DNA from: Candidatus Poribacteria bacterium
Lineage (GTDB): Bacteria > Poribacteria > WGA-4E > WGA-3G
Assembly (NCBI GenBank): GCA_965214095.1
Contig: OZ243938.1
Location: 96,001 to 160,000, forward strand
Reading direction: 5' to 3'
Length of the DNA stretch: 64,000 nt
The notes beneath the pieces are model-generated. The model ran no database searches. It saw nothing but the letters and a program-made list of their open reading frames with translations, and had not been told where the DNA came from. The position numbers were made by a program, and so were the translations under genes. This document shows positions 30,701 through 39,838 of this stretch, piece by piece (positions within the stretch are counted from its first letter, which is position 1; every line of letters begins with the position of its first letter).

Positions 30701-30811
30701 TATTGGGATGGTAGAAATACGCTCGGTGAACCTGTGGCAAGTGATGTCTATTTCTACACACTCACCGCTGGCAAATACACCGCAACACGGAAGATGTTGA
30801 TAAGGAAGTAA
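27794..30811 (+). CDS. Secreted zincin-like metallopeptidase with a dockerin-like domain and a T9SS-A/FlgD-like C-terminal domain
   Basis: HExxH 'ILHEKAH' with downstream 'NPNEDMAES'; 'DINQDGSVNILDL...DVNADGVVNILDL'; 'NYPNPFNPETWIPYQL...TRKMLIRK'. Start after AGGAG at 27782. Confidence 0.8.
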   Translation: MLIKNYLAHEKMQRPLRIALISFILFCGSVSQGITFDFNWEINETPEGSESATIIEPVQVVMLDEVIQVPSHSASLRLMQKYSVYLGSEWDAGHAYRLLKTFETIPQDVNYSYDGNHEVPTSLWRLTDTHVQDDIKVELINRQTIVTIAAETFTYADPLLAEIDGVRGRYFSKRLHQAVVRFVTDNGADKEALERILQERYAVSLNVPDYTELTSNTTGEDAGRFTTFKNEELIAIATMFEEYPQGMHKIAGLKYLVRRLDGTPHPLYPSAPAVAWTTSGYIEFMESAFQAQGSDYINRLILHEKAHFLWDHLFDEQLRQDWIELGGWYENPDNEDGWSTTKQTEFVSAYAHAKNPNEDMAESISFYIVNPDKLRSRSPGKYQFIQDRIMHGTRYISKIREDLTFEVYNLYPDAVYPGRIIRVDIQVIGEPMEDKTIIVELELHKTGEHDDAQASQLRIISSTGTFFDIWLDPIGSDGVSQVGASHILRGKKTISRFAADGYWGPDQITLTDSQGNERHQSQTDFGWKLFVTNPLADDEPPIYVKNSMKLSLSDGMEDGRRYQILTARWQILEENEVAVVYAHAYDTNDETYSRRNEKQGTYNKETGEATVDLIIPDYYQTGNYVLNYISMIDIGLNERGVYFTRAEGTLREEQEVMDEKPTTIEIQSINPDSTPPVLDLNRITVTAVPTNPEQPNGETQVDITFRVKDNISGYSYSGIYLRDPHGVTYSFRHYHDDFEKIYFSDNPTVYSTYHKTIILPVGSIPGTWGIAEMTVTDKAKNKLLADFTEIVRFEVDSEPEYSQYDINQDGSVNILDLILVAKAFVAYDEKADVNADGVVNILDLTLIASAFGTTSNAAPALWTLNADNIPTRATVEKWLQDARQVNLSDPAFQRGIFTLENLLKTLTPKETALLPNYPNPFNPETWIPYQLATPADVSIAIYTSDGKLIRQLDLGHQPVGIYRHRSRAAYWDGRNTLGEPVASDVYFYTLTAGKYTATRKMLIRK

Positions 30812-30885
30812 AATCTGGAACTTTCAAAATTGAGTAATGTAATACCATTTTAAATGACAGTCTAACATTACCAAAAAACATGTTT

Positions 30886-31160
30886 GTAGTCGCGCAATTT
30901 ATTGCCCCTCTTACATTATACCAAATTAACCTGATTTGTAGCGCGAGGTCTCCGTGCCTCGCAATGCTGACTTTATCAAAAAAATAATAATCACGTCAAT
31001 TTGGTATTAGACATCTTATGGTACATAACACAAGTGATAAACATCAAAGTACAAGTGAACAATGCAAACCACCAACGCTACTGGTGTTTGTTCAGTCACA
31101 TAGATGCGGTTGGAAAACCGCATCTACCGAGAATGTGCACATATTTTTTGATTTCACTAC
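30886..31160. repeat. Cluster of REP-like hairpins and a short TIR-bounded element (30919-31006)
   Basis: GTAGTCGCGCAATTTATTGC at 30886; TACCAAATTAAC...GTCAATTTGGTA enclosing GTAGCGCGAGG..CCTCGC; hairpin TAGATGCGGTT-GGAA-AACCGCATCTA at 31101-31126. Confidence 0.6.
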
Positions 31161-31398
31161 AAAAGATCGTTGGCACTTCAGAGCGTAGAAGATTGATATA
31201 ATTGCAAATTATAGCAAATGATACATCAAATCAAGAACCGAAGCATCTTTGAAAGCGACAACATCAACATTATACTCGGATTTGACAGCGAAACGATAAA
31301 CCTCAACTTATACAAGGAGCATTATATTGAAATCAGTTAAATTCTATTTACAGAAACAGAGCCTTTTTAGAAAATGTGTAAACCATGGTGGCGGTTGT

Positions 31399-31554
31399 AT
31401 GTCAGTAACAATACCAACGATATGCCCAGAATGTGGTGAAGATGTTTTGTTTAGAACATGTATGGACGGATCTAGAGTATTCTTAAATAAATCAAATAAG
31501 CAAGGCGTTGCACCAACAAAGCACTTGCCATACGGCACCTGCCCAAATGCGTAA
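31399..31554 (+). CDS. Small putative zinc-ribbon protein
   Basis: 'MSVTIPTICPECGEDVLF...GSRVFL...H...CP'; contains a CxxC motif. Confidence 0.45.
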   Translation: MSVTIPTICPECGEDVLFRTCMDGSRVFLNKSNKQGVAPTKHLPYGTCPNA

Positions 31555-31650
31555 TTTTAACATATCGTATTCTATATAAAAGGTGAACAACATTCATGAA
31601 CAATAAAACTAGACATAACAGAACAAATCAGAATGACGTAACCGTAAAGG

Positions 31651-31947
31651 TTGACAAAGGTGATGTCACGCAAAATGTGCCAAAGTTGTTGTCCATGTCG
31701 ATCAGGAAAAAAAACAGATTCCAAAGGGAATGATTCTTATGGAACAGCCGCAGCCATCGGTTGTGGTATTGGTTGTTTTATACTTATATTCCTTATGTTA
31801 TTCGAATCTATAGTAAACGCAACTGTTTGTTCTCTTTTAAATATATATATCAAATTAAAAATCGAACCATCTTTGACAGCTATAACTTCGCAATTCTATG
31901 GGCATAGTTCCAAATGCCTTGACCTTTTTATTGCAATAAGGAAATAA
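31651..31947 (+). CDS. Possible small membrane protein or gene fragment
   Basis: Cys-rich start and a hydrophobic 'AAAIGCGIGCFILIFLML' segment; no clear RBS. Confidence 0.25.
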   Translation: MTKVMSRKMCQSCCPCRSGKKTDSKGNDSYGTAAAIGCGIGCFILIFLMLFESIVNATVCSLLNIYIKLKIEPSLTAITSQFYGHSSKCLDLFIAIRK

Positions 31948-31951
31948 ACAA

Positions 31952-32371
31952 ATGATACTTGAAGCTCCTTGCTCCGCATTAAACTTTCATTCAAATGAAA
32001 AAGACTATCACAGCGTTGCCCGTGAAGTATTCCCAATTCTTATTCAACTTGCTACTGATAACACACGTCCGACTATTTCCTATGGACAACTTGCTGAAAA
32101 AGTTGGAGTTACACATATTCCTTCAAATAGAAGAGGACATTGGATGCGTTGGCCACTTGGATCTATATGGTGTACGCTTTTTGAATACCAACAGGAGTCA
32201 GATTTAGACATACCCTATTTAACAACTATTGTTGTCAACAAAAGTACTGGTATCCCCACCGTTTTCAAAGAAAGGTTGAATTGGTCAGAGGAAAAAATCA
32301 AATTGGAACAAGATGCTGTATACAAATTTGAACACTGGACCGATATCATGGAAGCAATCTGCCAAAAGTAG
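31952..32371 (+). CDS. Hypothetical protein, possibly winged-HTH-like
   Basis: Pattern 'TISYGQLAEKVG...LGSI...PYLTTIVVNKSTGIP'. Confidence 0.65.
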   Translation: MILEAPCSALNFHSNEKDYHSVAREVFPILIQLATDNTRPTISYGQLAEKVGVTHIPSNRRGHWMRWPLGSIWCTLFEYQQESDLDIPYLTTIVVNKSTGIPTVFKERLNWSEEKIKLEQDAVYKFEHWTDIMEAICQK

Positions 32372-33589
32372 TCTCCCCACGATCTGACATCTATTGTTAT
32401 GCCCTAACAAATCAAGAATCGCACCCTCTTCATATCAGACGATCTGTCATCAGAAGCTTGCTCGTTCCATTTCGTTTCACATGGCTATGATGAGACGTAA
32501 CTACATTTCACTACGACAACGCCACAGGTACTTCACTACTGCTACGGTTGTATGCTGACGCACCGGCCTTGGCAGACGCATCATACACCCGCATTCACTC
32601 CACCATCCCCGTCTGTTGCATCTGTCCCGTTGCTTTATGAAACCCTTCATAAATACCCAATGACCACCCGTAAAACTGAAACGCAAAACCTGTCAAATCC
32701 GTAATCGTATGCAAAACCTTGACAAACGTGTTCAAATTACTTCCGTATCAACATCTTGCGCGTCGCAGTCCAATCACCCGCTTTGAATGTATAGAAATAC
32801 ACACCTGCCGCAACCTTTTCACCGATTGCGTTCCGACCATCCCAATGTGCAGCACGGCTACGACTTCTGTAGAAACCTGCCTTCTGATGTCCTAACACTA
32901 ACCGCCGCACGACGACACCACGCATATTGTAGATTGTTATTGTGACATCCGATGCTTTGGACAATTGATACGGTAGCCATGTTTCAGGGTTGAACGGGTT
33001 GGGATAATTCAACAGTAAAGCAGTAGTGTTTGGTGTAGCATCTTTGTTAAGGGAAGGCGCGCCGGTATCAGCAGCGTAGATTTCTACCGGCAAGCCTGTG
33101 GAAGGTTTGACGAATCTGTAGCCGGTATGATAATAGGCGGGGATAACTACTATATGGAAAATATCTACAGTGACAGCTTCTGTTGTTCCGGGGGTACGCG
33201 TAACAGTAAAAGTACTACTTTCATTCATTCCTGTGGAAATTCGGAGGACTTTTGGATCAGGGTTTGTCCCATGCTCAAGCTTGATATATACAACAACGTC
33301 ATACGGTGCACCTAATGGTATCACTGCCTTGACTTTCCCGTCTTCAACTTTCTCCAGCGATACAGTAAACAGCATCGGGTCTACGAGGTTACCTAATAAC
33401 CAGAGTCCTAGCAGATCGAAGAGTCCGTTACAGGTGCCCGGTGGTAAAGAACTCAATCTGTTATGCTCCAGATAAAGTAATTGCAATTTAACAAGATTAT
33501 TAAAGATGCCTGATGGCAAGGAACTCAAATCGTTATGATCCAGATCAAGGTATACCAATTTAGCAAGGTTATCAAAGATATCTGGTGGT

Positions 33590-33990
33590 AAGGAACTTAA
33601 ATCGTTATTGCCTAGTCTAAGTTCTTCCAAATTTGTAAGGTTGTCAAAGAGACCCGGCGGTAAAGAACTCAAATCGTTATTGCCTAGTCTAAGTTCTTCC
33701 AAATTTGTAAGGTCGTCAAAGATATCTGATGGTAAGGAACTCAAATCGTTATTGCCTAGTCTAAGTTCTTCCAAATTTGTAAGGTTGTCAAAGATATCTG
33801 ATGGCAAGGAACTCAAATCGTTATCGTACAGCAGAAGCTGTTTCAAATTTGTAAGGTTGTCAAAGAGACCTGGCGGCAAGGCACTTAAATCGTTATTGGC
33901 CAATATAAGCATTCTCAATTTGGTAAGGTTGTCAAAGAGACCCGGCGGTAAAGAACTCAAATCGTTATTGTCCAAAGAAAGTAGTTCCAA
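33590..33990 (-). repeat. 72-bp tandem repeats encoding 24-aa LRRs
   Basis: ATCGTTATTGCCTAGTCTAAGTTCTTCCAAATTTGTAAGG recurs at 33601, 33673 and 33745. Confidence 0.95.
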
Positions 33991-34918
33991 TGCAGTAGTG
34001 TTATCAAAGAGACCCGGTGGCAAGGAACTCACGCTGCCGTATCTCATAAAAAGCGTTTCCAATGCAGGCAATTCATCAAAAATACCTTCGGGTAAAGAAG
34101 TAAAATCATTATAACCCAGATCAAGCTTTCTCAATCGGGTGAGTCCATTGAAATCGCCGGCACTCAACGATGTGATTGCGCGTCTGTCGCGTCTGTTTAG
34201 GTCCAAATCTCTGATTTTCGCCAGATCTTCTGGTGTTACATCATCATCAGTTGCTACGCCAGCTGCAGCAACGATAGCATCCCGAACTGCTGGTGTTCGA
34301 CTGCTAATCGGCGGATCAATAATTTCGGGTACATCGGTAACATTTATCGTCACTGTGATGCTGTCAGTACCATTGTTCCCATCAGAGACAGAAATTATGA
34401 GCGCATACAAGGTTTTCGTTTCATAATCCAACGTTGAACTTGTTTTCAGTATACCGTCATCACGACCAATCTCAAACGCATTATGATCCGTGCTGTTATT
34501 ACTACTGAGACTGTAGATTAAGGTGTCACTGGTATCCTGATCTGTCGCTGTGTAAGTGCCGATCTCTCTGCCAATTGCCACAGTCTCAGCAACATCTATG
34601 CTTGTCCTATACCCTGGTGTGAATACTGGAGGATCGTTGTCATTTGTAACGTTAATCGTGATACCAATAGTATCGCTTGCCTCCTCATCGGAGACAATCA
34701 CTGTTATCAAATAACTGGCTTTGGTCTCATAATCAAGCACAATACCGGTTCTGAGTTGTCCTGTGTTTGGAACAATAGTGAACGCGGCAGCATCACTATT
34801 GATACCGATCCGATAGGTTAAGGTATCACCAGTATCCTGATCTGTTGCAGAAACAGGCGTGCCGACATTCGTTCTCACCTGTGTATTCTCAGCAACGTAA
34901 CGCACTGCGGTAGTGCCT

Positions 34919-36120
34919 TCTGTGAACACGGGTGCATTATTCGGTGTTTGCGTACCCTGATCCGTTTCACCGGCGCGTTGAGGTGTTCCATCGTCATTCT
35001 GACCCGTTTCACCGCTGCCTTGATTCGTAGGTTTATCATCGTCTTTATTTACGACGGTCTCATCTTTATCAGATATATTGACGATGACATCAATGCTGGT
35101 GATGTGTGTGCCATCAGAGACAGTTACTCTTACCTTATAAGTCTTATCTGGGTCTAAAGTGACACCTTCTTTAACTCCCAATTCTCCTGTTTCGGGATCA
35201 ATATCAAACAATTCAGCATCGTCACCGCTGAGCGAATAAGTCAACGTATCGCCATCCGGGTCTGTGGCAGTGATGGTTCCCTCTGTTGTTTCTGTTTCCG
35301 CTTCTGTTGTGATGGTGATAGTCGTGGTTGTGCCTTGGGTGAACACAGGTGGGTTTTCCTCAACATCAATAATATTAATGACAACATCAATACTTGCGGT
35401 GCGTTCTCCATCAGAGGCAGTGATGATGACTGCGTAAGAGTTGTTTGTTTCATAATCCAGTGGTGCTTCTGTTTTCAATTGTCCAGTCGTGCTATCAATA
35501 CTAAACAATGCATCGTCAGTGCCAGCAAGGCTATAGGTAAGGGTGTCGTCATCAGGATCCGTGGCAACAACGGCATCCCCGATGTTAGTCCCTGCCGTTG
35601 TATTTTCTGTCACAGAACGTCTGGTGTTTGTGCCTTCTGAGAACACGGGTGTGCGATTTGACTGGGGTGGTGGTTGTGTTTGTGCTGTTTCGTCAATATC
35701 CGTGACGTTTATCGTAACGTCAATCCTATCTGTGACCTTCCCATCTGTCACGGTAATCGTCACCGAATAGATTGATTGTGTTTCGTAATCCAAAGCAATG
35801 CTGGTTTGCAGCTGCCCTGTGTTATTGTCAACACTGAAAGAACCAGCATCTGTACCACCAAGTGTATAAATCAACGTGTCATTGTCGGCATCTGTTGCTG
35901 TAACGGCATCCCCGATGTTTTCACCTATTTCAGTATTCTCTTCGACAGATCGGGTGGTGGTGCTGCCCTCTGTGAACACGGGTGCATTATTCGGTGTTTG
36001 CGTACCCTGATCCGTTTCACCGGCGCGTTGAGGTGTTCCATCGTCATTCTGACCCGTTTCACCGCTGCCTTGATTCGTAGGTTTATCATCGTCTTTATTT
36101 ACGACGGTCTCATCTTTATC
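34919..36120 (-). repeat. Apparently exact 152-bp direct repeat (34919-35070 and 35969-36120) encoding a disordered linker
   Basis: Identical DNA for 'DKDETVVNKDDDKPTNQGSGETGQNDDGTPQRAGETDQGTQTPNNAPVFT', 1050 bp apart. Confidence 0.93.
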
Positions 36121-39100
36121 GGAGATGTTGATGTTGACATCAATGATGGTGTTGTGTGTGCCATCAGAAACAGTTACCGTTACCATATAAGTCTCACCTA
36201 GTTCTAAAGTTACACCTTCCTTGACTTTCAATTCCCCGGTGTTGGGATCAATATCAAACAGTTCCGCATCGTCGCCACTGATCGAATAAGTCAATGTGTC
36301 GCCATCCGCGTCTGTGGCAGCGATAGCCGCTTCTGTTTCCAATTTCGTTGTGATGGTAATAGTTGTGGTTGTGCCTTGGGCGAATACAGGTGGGTTCTCC
36401 TCAACATCAATAACGTTGATGATAACATCAATATTTGCTGTGAGTTCTCCATCAAAAGCAGTTACCTTCACTGAATAGGATGATTTTGTTTCATAATCCA
36501 ATGGAGATCCTGTTCTCAATTGTCCAGTCGTGTTATCAATACTAAACAATGCAGCATCAGTGCCTTCAAGGCTATAAGTGAGAGTGTCGTCATCAGGGTC
36601 CGTGGCAACAACGGGATCCCCGATATTTTCACCTATTTCAGTATTTTCCTCCACATTCCGAGTCGTGCTGCTACCCTCAGTAAACATCGATGCGCGATTT
36701 TCATTTACATCAGTTATTATGATCGTCACCGAAATGCTTGCAATAGTATCACCATCGGTAGCGGACACGATAACGGTATAGGTAGACTTTGTTTCAAAAT
36801 CAAGGTCTTCCTTCGTTGTCAATTGCCCCGTTTCAGGATCAACCTCAAACGCATCAGCATCTTCTCCGCCCAGGGTATAGGTAAGCCTATCGTTATTCGC
36901 ATCAAGTGCTGTGAATGCTGTGCCGATGTTTATGCCTTCTTCTGTGTTTTCTGGAACAGAGTATGTGGTTGGCGTGGTTTGTGTGAATATAGGTGCTACA
37001 TTGATTAGGGGAAAGATTTCAAGCGGCAAGGCATCTGATTTGACTAACTCGTAGCCTGCATGTAGTGATGGTATGTGTGGGAGTTCACTAATATCTACGG
37101 TAACAGCATCAATCGTGTCTGGCGTTCGGGTGACAGTGTAAGTGTCGCTTTCCACACTACCTTGTGGGATTGTGATGGTGTCTATACTATCAGATATAGT
37201 TCCATTTGTGGTGGTCAGTGTGAGCGATATATCAAACGGCGCACCTGTGGGAATAACCGCTTTGAAACCGTCTTCATCAACCTTTTCTAACGATAAAGTC
37301 AGTGTTAAAGGATCAACGGCGTTTCCACTGAGATCCAATGATTCCAATGACACAAACCCTTCAAAAATACCATCCGGCAGATATGTCAGTTTGTTACCCC
37401 GCAGACTCACTGTTTTCAGTGATAATAGACCATCAAATATGTCTTCTGGTAGATGTGCTAATTCGTTATTGTTGAGATAGAGTGTTGTCAGTGCCAGCAT
37501 ACCAGAGAAGTCATGTGTCCTGAGTGATTTGATCCGCATATCAACTAAATTGAGGTTTGTGATAACAGCAAGATCAACATCTGCCACGTTCTGACAATGC
37601 ATCAATAGTGGATACATCGCTTCAATCGCCGTTACCACTTCGGGTGTGCGATTACACGCAGTTGATCTGGCAAGAACATAGCCGTAATGATTTAGCGGAA
37701 TATCGGCTAACTTCCCTATATCCATAATCGGTGTTTCCCCTGTGGGTACAATCGTAAAAGTTTCACTCTTCAGTGTGCCTTTCTGCACAGTAACCGTTGT
37801 TGTATCTCCGCTGATATTGCCATCGGTAACGATAATCGGTACAACAATATCAAAAGGTGCACCTGTCGGCACAATCACTTGAAATTGGTTTGTGTCAACC
37901 TGTTGTATTGAAACAAAAATCGGCATCGGATTAAGCAGATTATTGCCTAATCGCAGTGTTGTAAGTGCTGTCAAACCTTCAAATATACCAGCAGTCAGAC
38001 CTGTTAGTTTGTTACCGTGAAGGTTGATATCGGAGAGATTAGGCATACCAGAAAAATCACCAGTCTTCAGTCTTGTGATACCGGTATCGCGAAGATTGAG
38101 TGCTGAAATTGCCGCGATCTGTGCATCGGTTATCTCGTCTATAGCAGGTGTCTCTATGAGATTGTTAGCGACTACGACGTTTTCCACTATTGCATCGCGC
38201 ACTTGTGGTGTCCGTTCGCTAAGAGGTAGTGATACAGAGACAAATTCTGTGTCCGCCAAGTCTATCAGACGGATAATGACAGTTATCGTGTCGGTGAGTT
38301 GTCCATCTGATGCAGTGACACTTACAAGATACAACGGCTTCCTTTCAAAATCCAAAGCTGTCTTCGTTTTGAGTTGTCCAGTTTCGGTATCAATATCAAA
38401 TGCATCTGCATCAATACCACCAAGTGAGTATGTGAGGGTGTCGTCTGGTGTGTCGGGAGCATTGTCCATATCTGCTACTGTATCTATAGCCGTGATAGGT
38501 GTGCCAATGTTTTCACCTGCTGCCGTATTCTCTGTTACTGTGCGGACAGTGATAACACCATCAGTGAAAGTCGGGGCGAAGTTGTCTAACACATCAATGA
38601 CATTGATGGTAACTGTGATAGTATCTGTGAGCAGTCCATCGGAAGCGGTGAGCGTGACTGAATAGAAGAACTTTGTTTCGTAGTCTAATGCTGTTTTTGT
38701 TTTAAGTTGTCCAGTTTCAGGGTCAATATCAAACGCCTCTGCGTCAATACCTCCAAGTGTATATGTAAGGGTGTCGTTTGCGTCCATATCTGTTGCAGTA
38801 ATGGGATTACCGATGTTTGTGTCTGATGCCGTATTCTCATCAACAGAAACCGTGATACTTGCACCATCCGCAACACAGGTGGGACATTGCCAATAATAGC
38901 AACAATCGGAAGTGTCTCAGATTTGGATAACACATAACCGTAGTGGTTGCGCGGTAGGTTCGGTAGATTTCCGATGTCCGCAGTGGCATCCAATCTTGAA
39001 TCGGGTGGACGATTGACTGTGATACTCTCGCTAACCATACTCCCTATAGGTATGGTAACCGTCGTGACATTATCCATAAGTATACCGTTGGAAACGCTAA

Positions 39101-39584
39101 TCGGCAGGACAATATCAAATGGAGCACCTTCCAGGACAACAGCCCTAAACTTCCCTTCTGCGACCTTCTCCAATCCGATAGTAAGTGGCAGCGGATCAAC
39201 CGTATTGCCACCTAATCGTAGCGATGTCAAGGCATCCAGTCCTTCAAAAATACCAACCGGCAGACGTCTGAGTTCGTTGGCATATAGGTTCAGATTTGTC
39301 AACCCTGTCAAGCCTGAGAAATCACCAGTTTGCAGTTCAGAAATAGCTGCATTTCTCAGATTGAGCTCAGTTATTGCAGCCAGATGTGCTTCGGTCAATT
39401 GGTCGGCAGTATTGACACCCGCAGCAGATGTGATAGCATCCCGCACCTGTGCTGTGCGTTCACTTGCAGGGACGACTTCGGCTGAAATACCAAAATTCAT
39501 ACCAATAGGAAAAATAACCAATAAAACGGTCATAACACAATTTTGATTCAAAAGTTGCGTAATCACAAGTAACTCCACTTTCAT

Positions 39585-39792
39585 TACCAGGACCGGTAGG
39601 TTCGGTTTCCTAACCGAACCATGGGCGTCAATTTAGTGTAAATTAGGCGTTTTCCCCAGGACGGTAGGTTCGGTTTCCTAACCGAACCGGATCCTACGCG
39701 AGAACCTCTATGAAGGTATTTGGCACAAAGCCGGTTCGGTTTCCTAACCGAACCTACCGGCCCTTGGAAGGACACTAAATTGACCACCCATG
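39585..39792. mobile_element. MITE-like element (39620-39792) containing a REP doublet, plus an adjacent third REP
   Basis: TIRs CATGGGCGTCAATTTAGTGT / ACACTAAATTGACCACCCATG; GGTTCGGTTTCCTAACCGAACC at ~39599, 39667 and 39733. Confidence 0.8.
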
Positions 39793-39838
39793 ATGCGATT
39801 TCCAAACTGCACTATTTACTCAGCCCTGAAAAAACTCC

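Larger units (their letters stand above)
32737..39584 (-). pseudogene. Cadherin-repeat/LRR secreted protein A, split by a 1-nt frameshift near 38872 (ORFs 38685-39584 and 32737-38787)
   Basis: Restoring one base gives 'NVPPVFADGASITVSVDENTASDTNIGNPITATDMDAN', which joins the two ORFs. Signal peptide, LRR modules, cadherin repeats and CTD are all present. Confidence 0.85.

Noticed and set aside
33590-33990. Regular 72-bp repeats as a CRISPR array
   Set aside because: They are in-frame LRR codons with no unique spacers.
39595-39758. Three palindromic repeats that could be called a mini-CRISPR
   Set aside because: GTAG tails point in opposite orientations, two copies lie inside TIRs, and there are no cas genes. 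This fits REP elements.
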